A stretch of 64,000 nucleotides of DNA. Origin: Seison nebaliae. Its lineage: Eukaryota. Shown here piece by piece: positions 11,997-26,700 of the stretch. The notes beneath the pieces were generated by a model. That model had not been told where the DNA came from, ran no database searches, and worked only from the letters and a program-made list of their open reading frames with translations. Within the stretch, counting starts at the first letter, position 1; every line of letters begins with the position of its first letter. The stretch spans positions 1 to 64,000 of the forward strand of contig JALJEE010001120.1 of assembly GCA_023231475.1 (NCBI GenBank), read 5' to 3'. Both the position numbers and the translations under genes were made by a program.

Positions 11997-14900
11997 TACA
12001 TAGAAATTAAATATTTGGAAAATATTTGTTGATAAATGAATGAGAATGAATGAATAATTTGAGTGAGATAAAAATAGGAGAATTGATGAAGGAAAACGAA
12101 TAAATAAGTAAATGGGGAAACATATAAAAGTGAATTGGAACATAGATTAATAGATGGATAACCAAATGAAACATCTCCATCCACTATACACGGTAATTCG
12201 AGAGAGCAGAATGTGAAATTGAAAGAAAATGTGAAAACGAAAGAGATGTGTCGACTATCGGTCGACGATCGAAGTAAGATGAGCAATAATCCAATTAATA
12301 CTTCTTTACCATTATTGTCTAACAAATGAACTTGAATGAGATTGGATAGCAATTAAAAACCGACATTTCCATATAGATCGCTCATAATCGATATGGAATA
12401 TTGGTACATATTGTACGTCAAATTCTCTTTTCCTTTCCATTTGTCATTCGAAAATATGAAAATAAAAGAAAATACTAAACTATTTAACATTTCGCAATTG
12501 GCCGACTGAGAAAGCATCTTCTCCTCCTCCTCCTCCACCACCCCACCAATCCACATAAGTGAGATGGCAATTGAAACATTAGGAAGAGATACAATCAACG
12601 GATATTAGTAACAATGGAATCAATAATAATGACGAATGTCAACAACAAGAACAACTACATAACTAATTTCTTCTAATATCATATGTAACATCATCGTCGT
12701 GAATAGAAGGAGAGACAAAATTAAGGACGAAACTTCCATTTCTTCCAACTACTTATTATAAACTACTTGAACAGCCTTCTTATTCGCCCAAATATTGGCT
12801 CAATGTCAATGTCTCCCCAATTTTTTTCCATCCAATCATTTCTACCAGTGCCTGCTATCTAATACCTGTCGAGAATAAGAACGGAAATTATGTTGACCAA
12901 AATGACGGGGTAGAAGGCGAATTGATAGATGGGAAATTCGAGGAAACTAAATCGTGAGCCATTTCCTAGTTCTACCAGAGTATTACATGAAAAATTTATC
13001 CTAATTCACAATCAAACTCACTTATTACAGTTGAATATATTTTTTTCGCTTTTTATTCTCTCACCTTAAAATAAAAGTTGTTCTGTTAAAGTTCTGGAAA
13101 GAGGAATTAATATCTTATAAAAATTACTTTAAAACTCTAATTTTTAGATGCAGGAAATTTTAAATTTATTTTTCAAATTCATTTTTATTGAATTATCGTA
13201 AATGTATATTATATTATTATTATATCTATATTATATAAAACTTTCCATATTATCTAACTAAACATCGTTCAAGAATAATATTTTGGCATTTTATTTTCAA
13301 ATATTATTTTTGTTTGTTGTTGTTTTTGCTATTAATGTAGTGATTTAAAATGGAAAAATTGAAAAAAAAATAAGTGTAACAATAAAGTAAAATAGTGGAA
13401 TTAGAATGGAACTATGAAAATTGTCTTGATCTTGACTCTTTTCCCAGGAATAAGATGGTAATTAGTTGAAGTTGCTACCAGACTTACAAATTCATCCCAT
13501 GACGATGATGAATTCGACATTCGTTTTATAATGAAACATTTCCTTTTCCTCAAATCAGATATTTGACTTCATAATCCATTTAAATTATCGAACCGGTTGT
13601 CTGTTGTTCATGTGATTATGATAAGAATATTATTGTTAAATAATCTTCGATTGACGAAGGAGGAGAATGAGGAGAATTAATAGAGAATTCTTCTTTATAG
13701 TCATATATAAAAATATTATTAAATTAAAGGATCAATATTATATATTCTAAGAGATATCTTCATCCTTATCATCATTAGCCAGTAATTATTCTTATTATTA
13801 TTATTATGTTTTTGTGAGAATGATATGGAGAAGGGAAAGACGAACATTGTCGAAAAGAATAATTCAATCAGATATACTTTCAATCTCTCACAAATGAGCA
13901 AGCATATATGGAAAACTGAAATTTCTCTAATTAATTCATTTAGTTTTGGTAGTGGAATTAGATATCGTTCCTGATTCCATTCGCTATCAGACGAAACGAA
14001 GAGAATTCATCGAATAATGTGCAGAACGGACATATAATCCATTTCCTATTAGAATCAATTCTCATTCTCTCGTTGCACATTAAATTAATGAAATAAAATA
14101 TTCTCCGAAATTCTTATGATTCTCACACGTTACTCACCAAATTATCGACAAACACACCTTCATCTCCCTCTCCAAATGGTACCGTCGAAAAATCGCGAGG
14201 AATTATGAAGGAACAACAATAACTGATCTAATCTCTAATGATTCTTATGCACATATCATTAATTAATTATTTATGTATTTCCATTAATACCTTCGCCATT
14301 CAATACAACAAATATGTCTCCTTCCTCTCGACTATTCGACCTCAACGGCCCATAATGAATTTACGGAACTTTTCTATTCACCTGATAATCTGTTTAACAA
14401 ATCTTTCTCTTCTCTCCGCTACCAGACCGAAAATAATTCCAGAATAAATTTATCATCAATTACTTCACCTTATTCATCATCATTCACTTTCCTTAATAGG
14501 TTCTCACATCGAAGACCCGATTTGGCGTTGGACCACTAAATTCATACGAAAACGGAAATAGAAAGCTGTTATCAGTTTGTGCTGATGTCTGATATGGTAT
14601 TTCCGATTGATTTTCATACGACTCATTTTAAACCATAAAACAGATTGAGATATTCTCTATTCCTGAAGAATGGCAGAGTCGTTCTGGATTTGTGGGAGGA
14701 GAGTGTGTGTGTGTGTGTGAAGGTTTCGTGAAGACGATATGAGAAAAAAATGAAAATGCAAATTCGAAAAAAAAGGAAGCACCTGATCTGCATAGAAGAA
14801 TGCTCTACTTCATCAACATTCCCAAATGTTCTTCTTCTTTCCACTACACTCCGATCTATCTGATACAATCCAATATTATTTTTCACTCAACACTTCTGCC

Positions 14901-17900
14901 TGATAATGAAGGAATTGGTAAAAAGGAGTTTCCTTCTCCATCGATCTTCTCTCATAATATGAAGTTTTCCGAAGTGTTCGATTGAATTCGAGAGGGAGGA
15001 ACGATTAGAAAGTTTATTTTCTTTTCGAAATTGGATGAGACTGTTGGATGGGTCGAGATGACGACGATTATGTGGACGAGCAATTTATTTCGAGAGTTCA
15101 CTCATCAAACAACAGGATATAATCTGAATGAAATAAATATGTGAAACTTATTCTCAAGGAATTGACTGTGAGGCATGAAATGTCGGAAATGATTAGTGGA
15201 AAGTTTTATTTATAACGATCAATTTTACATGTGTAGGAATTTCGTTCGATTCATAAAGTTTCGTGGTATATCGCCGCAGGACAAACCGGTTATTCTTTCT
15301 ATTTGCATAACTATCTCAACGAATTACGATATGGGAAGACGACAGACGGAATAGAAGGAACAATAAAATTGACTGTTATTATTGTTGTTTTCTCCTTCAG
15401 AAATGGTGAGATGAAATGTAAACGGAAATTGGTGAGGCAATTTGTTTAATTCAGTCATTTCAAAGGGGGAGAAAAAGAAATGTTTCTTTCAAGATACATA
15501 TGAATTATTTCCGATGACTTAAAGGTATTATTATTATTCTTCTTATTATTCTATTCTGCATATTATTGTTCTTATTGTTCGCTCGTACGATGTTTGGACG
15601 GAGGGGAGGGAGGAAAGGAGAGAGGATAAACAAATATTAATTAAAGAAATAATTGACGAGAGAGATATGATGGAATGATTACTTTGGACATGTCCCTAAA
15701 GAAGTTCTGGTAGAGCAGAAAGAAACAAGCTTCCAACTAAATGGAACCGACTCTTTCATAATAGAATAAGATTATTAGTGGAAGATTAAACATGAAAGGG
15801 AAAATGGAGTAAAATGTATGAAAGAATGTTCGTATAAAATGATCAAAAATCATAAGCACAACCGAACGACATTGTGCACATAACATTAGATTATCGCCAT
15901 ACTCATTTTCTTTTAAACTTTTCTAATTACGGTGTCATTTCCCATTAATTCTTCTCTCGAACAAAAATTCATTCTCCAAAAACTTCAACAATTTCATAAT
16001 AGTAATTTTTCGTCTTTCTCCATGAGCGATGAATAACACTCATTTCTCATTTCATATCTCATTGGAAATGTTACTCTTTTTTTTCGTAAGTTTTCCATTT
16101 CTCTCACTTTCTTCCTCAATGAACGATTGCCTTCTATTCTTCAATATCTCAAAAATCATCTTTACAAATCGATTGAAGGTTTTTTTGTAAACGGTTTCAC
16201 TAATTCGAAAAAGTTATTCTGTTATTTGAACTTATCAGAATTTTATGAAAAAGATAATAACGAAATGGTGTAGAAGTGGAAATGAGTATCTGGTTTGGTC
16301 GGGCGGAATATAAAAAAAAAAGAATTCTCATAAAATGGAGGAAATGCGAATTTTTCCCATGTACATCTCGCCTTTGGGACATTTCCATCTAAACCGGTTT
16401 TACTGGGGTCAATTCAAACCATTTGCCATTTCGAAAAATCTGATAATTTCTCTTTATAACTTTATTTGTATAAGTAAGAAGTTGAGCTTAAGTGAAAGGA
16501 AATTAAGAAACGTGAAAATTGAGAGGAAATAAAACTTTCGATTTATCTCACAGAAGTTTTATTTATAGTAAATCTTTTTAATCATGAGAATGGATAATTG
16601 AAAAGATGAAGATAGTTCTGGAAAGTTATCTGAAAAGTGACGAACTTGAATTAATCGAGAACGGTTGAACAAGTTAATGTTAATGGACAAAAGGAGACCT
16701 TACCGTACCAATCGATGAATACTCATAATTTAAGTTAACGGAAAAAAATGGAGAGTATAATAGGTCAATGTCGTATTTCCATGAATAAGACTGATATTAT
16801 ATGGGGAGTGCAAGTTTTTCATTTCATGGAGAAGTTTAGCGAAGAAATGTTCGTCATGGAAAAAGGTGTTAGTGGAGAGTGTGCCACCAAGGGAATATAT
16901 TCAGCTTAATAAACTCGAGACGAAACTGACAAACATTTGAATGGCATGTCGTCATGGAAACGGGAAGAAGGAAGTGTAATAAGTCTTATCAGTGGAAATA
17001 GATTCGACTCATCTTCATCAATATGATGATGTGAACATCAACTACTATTAGTTCATGAGGGAAAGGTAATAAGTTAGAGTGGAAACGGAATTTATTTACA
17101 CTCGTCATCCTCTCCAAAACGGAACAAGAAGAATAGTGATACCTAAATTGTTGTGCACTCGAACTGCAATAATATATTAATTAATCATCTTATTGAAATT
17201 AGTCACGAATTCCAATGGAGAATACCAAATAGAATTATAATGAAGCTAGTGATGATGATACATAAAACTAACGAAATAATTGTCATTTGGTAACATCTCA
17301 GCATTATTGATTAAAAAACCATTTCGTTAGTTCTATTCTTTATTTATCACGACCCATTCCATACACTCTCTCTCATACTCATTCAACTTATGTAGTGGAA
17401 AGATGAATGTGTGTAAGATGTGTCATATCTAGTGTTGGGTTGGGGGGAGGTAACGATGAGAAAGAACGGAACTATATCGTGAACCGACGTATGTTATTTT
17501 GAGAGAACTCCATTAAATTTTCCATTTGAGATTAATGAAAGAAAAAGAAGAGAATTACCATGTTATCCGATGGGACATATAAAAGTGAGTAATAAAAAAT
17601 TTAATAATCATTATGTAATATGATTTCAAAAATGGATACACATATTTGTGATATTTAATACCTATCCATATTCCATCCACACTCTTCCATTACCACCACT
17701 ATCACCCACTCCATAACATGGCAAGGCATTGGAAAGAAGTCATTGAAAAAATGATGGAGAAGAAATTTGTTAAGGAAACATTCCACCCAAATCTATCTAC
17801 ACCGCCCATATACATGCAAATATGTTGGATGTGCATATTTCGTGCACATCTCCTACACACGTCCTTACAGCGTTACCATAAGTGTAATAGATAGGAGTGG

Positions 17901-19901
17901 TGGAGAATGAAGAAATTTAATGAAATATTTGAGAATTGATGGAGATTTGAAAGAAATCAAACTAATACGATTTGTGCACTAATACTATTCTGTGCACCGT
18001 TTAATTGATTATGACATCTCCTAGAAAGAAGTAGCACGTATCCTTTAATGATCAGTTAATACTTCAACTCTATGGAATGGATGAACTTTGACATCGTAAA
18101 AGACAATGCACAAAAGATGTGTAGTGCACCGATACTGGAGGAGTGGAAGAGAAATGGAATCGATGATGAACGGAAGAAGACCGAATGAAAATAACAAATT
18201 TCTTCAAATTCATCAATTCGACATAATCGGAAAAGAGATAATAATCGTGAAATAATAATTCTTTTTGTGTTGTTATTCTTCCTCCTAGATGAATGTCCAT
18301 CAGAAGTCTCTGATCGACCCGTTCAACATCTGTGATTAGCACATGAACAGTAACTGAGGCTCTATTGTTTCCCTCTTGTTGTTCTTGTTAATCTTCCGAA
18401 AATAAAGTAGCCAATCATAGACCATGTTCATTAAACTATGACTCCTCTACGATATGTACGTTTTTCATGTGAGAATTTCAAAAAAGAAAACAAGAAAAGA
18501 AGAGGAAACTATGGAAAATTCCTCAATCAAAAAGAAGAAAGGACGGAAGGGCACAATATGAAGTAATGGCAATACCAGGCAAGCAAAGTCTAACGGAGTG
18601 CTGATCAAGCACTATTTTTCCTTCGAATTACGTACACTATTAACTTAATGGAATGATGATTAGAACATTGTAAATTTCATAAGAACAGAGGCTAGAAGTA
18701 AGAAAGAATGAAATATCAATTTGACCTTCGCTCAAATATTTCTCTTTAAGTCTCTCCCCCTCTCTCTCTTTCTCTCTTTACACGATGGCGCTACTAACCA
18801 AATTTCTCGTTTTCATACATTATTGATTAGAGTTAGAATAGTTGTAAAACTTCTCTATTTCTATTTCCTTCCAGTTTCTCATAATTCGTGCTAACTTATC
18901 CTTATGATTCTTTCAATTAATTGGTTTATATTGAGCGATCTTCGTCGAAGCGAAAATTAAAGAATTAACTAAAATCAAATTCTCCTTCGTTCATTTATCA
19001 CGGTATGATTCGTCCGATACATCACACACTACCCATTTCAAATGAGTCAAAGAACGGACAAATTTCCCAGATTGGTGTTCCCATAAAACTCCTTACATTA
19101 ATCGATAATCGATGATTGAAAAGAAACATCAAAAAATATTCAACTTCGCATTTGTCAATTAAAATAAAAAATTTAATATTTCGTTAAAACGGAATCATCT
19201 GAAAATTCTATAAATTGTGATGGTAGAAAAGGAAAAACAGAGTAACGTTTTTTCATTTTTCCTTCAACAATTATCTTGGAGAGGAATTGGAAGAAGATCA
19301 AATTTTCAACATAGTTCCTAAAACTATTCCAACTATTTTAATGTTAATTTATTATTATTATTATTATTATTTTACTATTGAAAATATCAATATGAGGAAA
19401 TGGAATTTTTGTTAATCAATCTCCTTCTTAACGGTTAGTGATAGGAGATTTGTGAGGTGCTGGTAGTTAGGACATCTCATAGTGACAATTGGGATGTGCA
19501 TAGACAACTACGCTACAATCCGAATTTTGGGTAAAATAAAAGGTTGGAAATAAAACAACATAATAATTGGCGAAACAATCAAAATTATTATTGCGCTATG
19601 AGATTTATTCGAAAGTTCAATTGAACAATGGAAGAATAGTAAATTTTAAATATCAGTTCGACAATATGATATAAAATCATATTTTTTGATAAAACTTACA
19701 ATTGTTAGAAATAAATTAACTAAAAACGTTTGTTCTTGTCAGATTAATTATTGAGTAGAATATTTCTGACGAGATTAAAAATAGAAAATTGAACTGAACA
19801 ATTTTTAATATTAATACAAATTTTAAATTGTGAACAAAAACCGGAAAACGATTATATAACAGAATTTGGAAGAAAAAAGGGAAATTTAAAGGAAATTTTT
19901 T

Positions 19902-22325
19902 TTATTTATCTTTCTTCTCCAAATCTTCTAATTCCTTCTTCAATTGTTTCAAGTGTTTCTTTTTCAGAATTCCCTTCTTCAACAACTCTTTCAACATTGT
20001 CGCTTCATTATTATTATTATTGTCAATTTCAAGAGAAGAATTGGAAGGATTAGATAAGAGATGTGATCTACTGTTCTTTTTCTTTTGTTGAGCGAGTTGG
20101 AAAGCATTGGCCATACTAAGAATCTCATGTTTTAATCGTTTTCCTTTTCGAGTGGATTGTGAGGTGTTTATGGACGTTGATCGATGATGGCGACGTGATG
20201 TTACTGTTTGTTTATTCTGCATTAATCGAATAATATTCTCTACGCCTTTATTGATGGAATCATCCAAATATTTGCGATGACACCTCGCCATCATAACATC
20301 GGGGAACATGTCAGGAAAACGGTAAGCTAACCATAAATATAAGTCTAATACGTCGAAAGCTGATTCGGCATTAATCAATTCGGTAATATTTGAAGGTACT
20401 ATAACTGGATTATTTGACATGTCTAATCGATCGATATTTTGATTATTAATTAACGATATTTCATTCTCTTCCTCATGGAATTTGAATGAGAAATTTTTTT
20501 TCTTTTTATCTAAAATATTCAATTGTGTAACTAACCAACTACATTCGACCATTTCTCCGTTGGAAACGAATCGGGCGAATTTCAACAACATCGTACAAAG
20601 ATGAGTAGCACGTCGATTGATTGGTGCACACGAGAAGATATAACGATGTTTCAACGACAACGGAACATGTTCGAGCATATTCGCCAAAAACTTAAAATCA
20701 TCGATTGAACACATGAAATATAACGAGTCGTCCATTCGACATAATGCCACGAAAATATCCATCAAATTAGCCAGCGAATGGTTCGGAAGATGATAAGCAA
20801 AAAGTTCGATTTGTTCCGCTGTGGGATGAAGACCGGCCGATTTGACTTCATCGATAGTTCCACTGAAAAGCTCCTTCAATTTCTTCAGATCTTTTCCATA
20901 GAATGTGGTGACAGTTCCATCGGAATAATTCGTTCCATATCTACCGGCACGTCCACCAATTTGAAGTGCTTGGGAAGTGGAAATGATGTCGAGTTGTCGT
21001 TCGCCATTTTCCAAAATGTTAGGCTTAACTAACGAATAAAAAATAATTCGTTTAATATTTAAATTTAGTCCCATTCCAACCGCATCTGTCGCCACCATAA
21101 AATCAGTAGTGGAATTGATATCATTAAATTTTTTCGCTTGACTCGTTTTCGTTTGTGGTGGCAACGAACCATAAATGACGGCGACATCATGACCCAAACT
21201 TTCGAGTTGACGTGAAACATAAAAAATATCAGATTTGGAGAAACAGACGATACAATCACCTTTTTTCACATTATCGAATGAATCGACCGATTTCTCTTCC
21301 ATCGTCAATGAAGTTAATCTTTCATATTCATTCACTTCCAATTCGTCACCACATAATTTTGTAATTCGTTCCACTAAACCAATACAACTACTCTCGCCAC
21401 AAACATGAATTTCATGAGCACAAAGTCCCAACAATGCTCTCGTCCATGCCCATCCTCGTTGTCCATCTTTCAACATTTGAATTTCGTCGATGATGGCGAT
21501 ATCGAACATTTCATTCAATGTCGTCATTTCGATGGTACAACAAATATGATTTGATGGTTCGTCAATCGATTTCTTATATCGACGTTCATCGCCAGTGATC
21601 AGATCACAAGGAACGTTGGCGTCGTTCGTTTTCTCACAAACTTCACTCGCCAACAATTTGAGTGGAGCACAATAAATTCCCGATCGACTCTCAATATATC
21701 GTTGGAGAGCGGAATATGTTTTCCCCGAATTCGTCGGACCGGCATGATAAATAATTTTTCTTTTTAAATTTCTGGCTTCACTATACCATCGTGTTGGTTC
21801 TCGAATATCGCTAATCTTCTCCAAATCATCTAAACAATCCAAATGTGGATAACATCGTTTAGTATATTGAGCGAAAAATGGATAAATTGATGAAAAATCG
21901 ATATCATCAACAGAACGATTTGATTGATAGAGATCTGATAAAATTACTTGTAATCCAAGTGGAAGTGTCTTCATATTCTTCATACATAATTGACGGAATG
22001 ATTGCATCGTTTTTGAATAAATCTCCCCATTAATACCATCACGTTCTGCCATTTCCATGATAATTTTACTTTTTCCAAACGATAACATTAATCGATAGAT
22101 TTGTGAGATATCGATACGATTGACGACGATTAAATCATTCGACGAATTATCAGACGATGGGAAAACATCGTCTAATTCATTCACATTCATCACCGGAATT
22201 TCATATTTGATGGTTTTCTTCTGATTGTCATTGAGCGCTATGTTGGAAGGAAATTTTCTCATTCCACTCGACAATTGACGACATAACGAACAAGTCTTCA
22301 ATCCGAAATTTCGCCAGCGTAACAT
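19902..22325 (-). CDS. SUPV3L1: mitochondrial ATP-dependent RNA helicase SUV3, intronless
   Basis: 807-aa ORF with HAGPTNSGKTY, IIDEIQM, RGWAWTRALLG, VATDAVGMGLNL, QIGGRAGR and LYLWLAYRFP; N-terminus resembles a mitochondrial presequence. Confidence 0.96.
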   Translation of the reverse strand: MLRWRNFGLKTCSLCRQLSSGMRKFPSNIALNDNQKKTIKYEIPVMNVNELDDVFPSSDNSSNDLIVVNRIDISQIYRLMLSFGKSKIIMEMAERDGINGEIYSKTMQSFRQLCMKNMKTLPLGLQVILSDLYQSNRSVDDIDFSSIYPFFAQYTKRCYPHLDCLDDLEKISDIREPTRWYSEARNLKRKIIYHAGPTNSGKTYSALQRYIESRSGIYCAPLKLLASEVCEKTNDANVPCDLITGDERRYKKSIDEPSNHICCTIEMTTLNEMFDIAIIDEIQMLKDGQRGWAWTRALLGLCAHEIHVCGESSCIGLVERITKLCGDELEVNEYERLTSLTMEEKSVDSFDNVKKGDCIVCFSKSDIFYVSRQLESLGHDVAVIYGSLPPQTKTSQAKKFNDINSTTDFMVATDAVGMGLNLNIKRIIFYSLVKPNILENGERQLDIISTSQALQIGGRAGRYGTNYSDGTVTTFYGKDLKKLKELFSGTIDEVKSAGLHPTAEQIELFAYHLPNHSLANLMDIFVALCRMDDSLYFMCSIDDFKFLANMLEHVPLSLKHRYIFSCAPINRRATHLCTMLLKFARFVSNGEMVECSWLVTQLNILDKKKKNFSFKFHEEENEISLINNQNIDRLDMSNNPVIVPSNITELINAESAFDVLDLYLWLAYRFPDMFPDVMMARCHRKYLDDSINKGVENIIRLMQNKQTVTSRRHHRSTSINTSQSTRKGKRLKHEILSMANAFQLAQQKKKNSRSHLLSNPSNSSLEIDNNNNNEATMLKELLKKGILKKKHLKQLKKELEDLEKKDK

Positions 22326-23705
22326 CCTTCACCATTTCCATGATGGATTGAAGCCGAAAATTCAAATTTTCTTCTCAATTCAAATTGGAAGTTGAAATTC
22401 CTTCACAATCATTTTCCCCTACCCGAATATTATGTTCACTCCATCACTTATTACACAAACTTATCAATAAATTGTCGAGGAGGAATAGACTGTGAAGGAA
22501 TCCATTTTCCTCACCATCAATTTTAAATAATTTAAAATCTCTTGTCGCGTTCGTCAACGAACAGGAAAATTAATTAGATATCTAATTAAAACAAATATGA
22601 ACTTATGACTGACAAGTTGTGAGAACTTTCTTTTTTTTTCTGACAAATCACAAATTTAATTTTTCTTTTTTCTCATTAAACACAAATTTATTCTTTCCCC
22701 ACTAATCAAACTGTGAAACAACTTCAACATAAGAAAGATAATTTCCTTATCAATAATCATTTCTATATTTTTATCACTTTTTTTTGTCATCCCTACTAAT
22801 ATATTTCACTGGATATCTGATACAATTCCAATTCAACAATTACTTCATTTTCCCAGTTTCATTTCTTCAAATTCAAACGAATTTTTTAATAATTCCATAA
22901 TGACTCTAACTCTTCTCCTCTACTCTCTCCAACATCCTCATTATCTGACTATGAAGAAATGTTTTATTGTAAACACTTTAATTCTCCCAACAAAATTTCT
23001 TTTTTTCTAGTCCTTCACTTCCCTCCCAGTCCCCTTCCAATATCCAACCACTTACTCTACTGATCTAATATGAGAAACCAAAATATTTTGTTGCTAAGAG
23101 TGAAGTTCATGTGATGTGATTTGTATTCGTCGAAGAATTTTCGAAAGAATTTTCTTTTTTTTTTCAAAAAAATCTTTTATCAAATACATAATGACTTGTG
23201 GAAACATTTTTCTTCTTCTTTTAATAGCACAAAACCATTTAATTCATAAGAAATAATAAGTTTTCCTCTCCAGAATTACTTCGGAGGAAAAATTCAGTCG
23301 TTTGGAAAATTTGCTTGAAACGTACAAATTAGTCATACAAAATCCATTTGTTCTTTTTTTCCCCAAATTATAAATATTTCATTTTCATAAATTACCGAAC
23401 GATATCAATGTCGACTAATATTTATGTACTCCATATTGTGACAGAAGAGGCCGGAGAAATGTTGACCTTCATCCAATTCCATCATATTATTTCCATGAAA
23501 AGTCAGTTGATATCGATAGAAATGACATACAAATGAAGTGGAATGAAGAAATTTATAAGAATTTTTCTCAATTAAAATTTTGAAATTTTAAAAAATTTCT
23601 TTTATTTTATCTTGTTAGATTTTTTCTTTTTTCTAATTTTATTTTCGATGATGATTTCATTCTAATATAAATGATTGTAATTCATACGGTGATTAATTGG
23701 AGAAG

Positions 23706-26700
23706 ATGAATAAGCTTTATCAAATTTATGTAATTTTTTGGAAGAATTTATTAATCCGATATCGATTAAAAGTTCCGTTTGCATTTTCCATCATTTTCAT
23801 TCTCTTCTTTTTAGTGGCGTTTATTCATCGACGTGTTATGGCCATTGATATTTGTGTCAATTATAGCGCTCGTCCGAATGAAAGAGGAACGACTAATGTT
23901 TTCGTCTTGTTCGTCTTTTCCTCTTTTTTACTTCACTGTACTCTGTCTCTCTCAAAGGTTATTTGTCATCGCGTGCATTACCATCAAGTGGTTTATTACC
24001 CTTCCTATCGAGTGTGTTATGTGAAACGAATAATACATGTCACGCTGATCATCGAGAAGAAGCGATACTGAGATCGAAGTTTTTTTTTTGAAAATTTTTA
24101 AATTATTTTCTAATTTTTCAAAACTAAAATAAAGTTTCGGACGAATGATAAAACATTCGTTAAGATTTTTGAAAATGTCACAAAATTTAAATAAGACCAA
24201 AAACGTCATGAGATCGTTGAGAAGATTGAATGGAATTATCTCGTTCAATTCCGGTGAGTTGGATAATGGACCGTTGAAATTATTGATCAACGATGAAGTG
24301 TTCAGTGTATTGTCTCGTTTTTATTGTGAGAATGTGGAATTTGATTCAAGTGTCAAACTGACGAATAAGTTCGCTAGATTACTTTCATCTCTGTACGACG
24401 AGAGAAGAACGAGAAATTTGTTTGTGAATCAAACTAAAGATATTCGAAATATTTTCGTCAACATGCTACATTGTTCAACGTCGTTCAAAGGATTGATGCA
24501 AACCATTCTCCTCAATTTAATCAAACCAAAATTATTAGAATTCAATTTAAATAACGAAATAATTAAAGAACTCTATCAAGTGAGTGATGATATCGATGAA
24601 TTATTCATCATGTTACGATTATCGGGAAATATCGAGAGAATATTCGACAATTTCAATTCCATCAAATTCGATTTAAAAGGAATCGGTCATTTCTTTTGTG
24701 GAGAGAATAACGACATTGACAATCTCTTCACTCCCACAAAACAACAACAATCTTTTCTTGACCAATATTCCACAAAGAATTTAACCGATCGATCTCAAAC
24801 AAATTTGAAAATTTCAACAAATTGTTATTTGAAAAACTTCTCGCTAATTCGATTGCCGGATGTAGATGAGAGAAATCGATCTTGCAAATATCAATTGACG
24901 GAAAATAGTCTTTATTATCGACCCATTACTTATCTAAATTTCGGCGATTATAAAGTTGACGAGACGACACAAAACAATTTCATCATTTTCCCATATAAAC
25001 ATTCGATTTCTATGGACAATTTGAATTGTGAGAGATTAGAAGAAATTTTCACAAATACTCAATTCTTCGATAATACGACGTCATGTGCTTGTAACCGATG
25101 GTTCGCTACCATGAGTTTGAATACGGCCACTCGTTTTTTATATTATCGATTAGAATCGCTACTTTTCGGCAATATCGTCTACACTCCCATAAATGATAAG
25201 ATCGATCGAATTATTAAAAAAGTTCAAAATTTTTTTTTTCAATTTATAACTAAAAATAATTAATAGGCAAATGGAACGTTTGATGGAATGGGAAATTTAT
25301 TTGAATTATTATCTAACAATTCCATAAGGCAATTATTTGAACAGGTTTTTTTCTCATCATCCAAAATAATTTCTCTCATTCGTTCATTAAAGAATTTATT
25401 CCCGACAAATTTCACTAAACCATTCAATGATATGATGGGAATGATGGATATGACGCAAGTGTGAATCATCTTTAATGATAATATTTTCTTATTGAATTTC
25501 TAGTGTGTCAATATGGATCGATATATCGGTGTGGAGAATGAGGACGAATTGATGAGGAAATCGGAGGAATTATATGCACAAGGACGATTTTGGGCAGGTT
25601 GAAATTGAAATTTTCATATTTTTTTCCATCAAGATAATCATCATGTTTTTTAAGCTATCGTCTTCAATAAGAAGGATGAAGGAATGATCGATTATCAGAT
25701 TAGAATGACTTTATCAATGATTGATGGTGGAAAACAAGTTCAGGATCTGTTCGTATTTTTTTCATACTAAAATAATAATAATAAATAAAATAATTAAGTT
25801 AAAAATAATTAAATTAAAAATAATAAATAAAATAATTAAATTAAAATAATTAAATTAAAAATTATAATTTAATAACTTAATAATATTTTTTTAAAAAAAA
25901 AACGTTTTTTCCATCTTTTAGAACTTGGCGTCCTCAACCAAGAGCGTCTCCATCGATTTATATGACGAAATATTTCTCTTACGGTTTCATTTATATCGAG
26001 GACATGATAGAACGAGCGATAATCGACGAACGGATCGAATCAAATGACGATGATTATTTGAATGAAATGAAAAACATCGGAATTTCCATGCAACAATTCC
26101 CGTTTCCATGTCATTCGAGAGATAAGTTGATGGAACAATTAGCCGACTATTTGCCCTTGATGTTAATGTTGGGTTGGTTATGGTTCGTTGGGATGACAAC
26201 GAGAGATATCGTTTATGAACGTGAAATGAAATTGAGAGAAATGATCGCCGTTATGGGCGCTTCATATACCATCAATTGGATGGGATATATTCTCTCACTC
26301 TTTCCTACTATGTTACTCTCTTCAATTCTCTTAACGATTATCGAATATGTGGGTGATATTTTACCGTTGACGAATATGTTCATTTCATTTCTTATGAACT
26401 TTTTATATCCGTTCGCTTTGATGGGATTATCGTCAGTTTTCTCTTTATTATTTAATCGGTCCAATTTAGCCGCCGTTTCATCAGCATTGTTATATTTCAT
26501 TAGTTATATTCCCTCTCAATTCTATCGATCATATGACGAGGATTTAGTGGATTGGCATCGATATTTAGCCTCTTTTTCACCCTCCATCATTTTCATGCAA
26601 TCTCTCAAAATAGTTTTGAATTATGAAAATGAAGGGAAAGGAATGACATGGAAATATTTAAATATCGGCAATTCTACAAGAGACGTTTCATTCACTCTTC

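Noticed and set aside
11412..12598. Several 60-160 aa ORFs in the gene-poor stretch
   Set aside because: Low-complexity or microsatellite-driven, no motifs, no consistent splice pattern
25345..25392. Additional GTT..AG intron in ABCA
   Set aside because: 48 nt, in frame and stop-free, so it cannot be called without RNA data; excluded from the donor count
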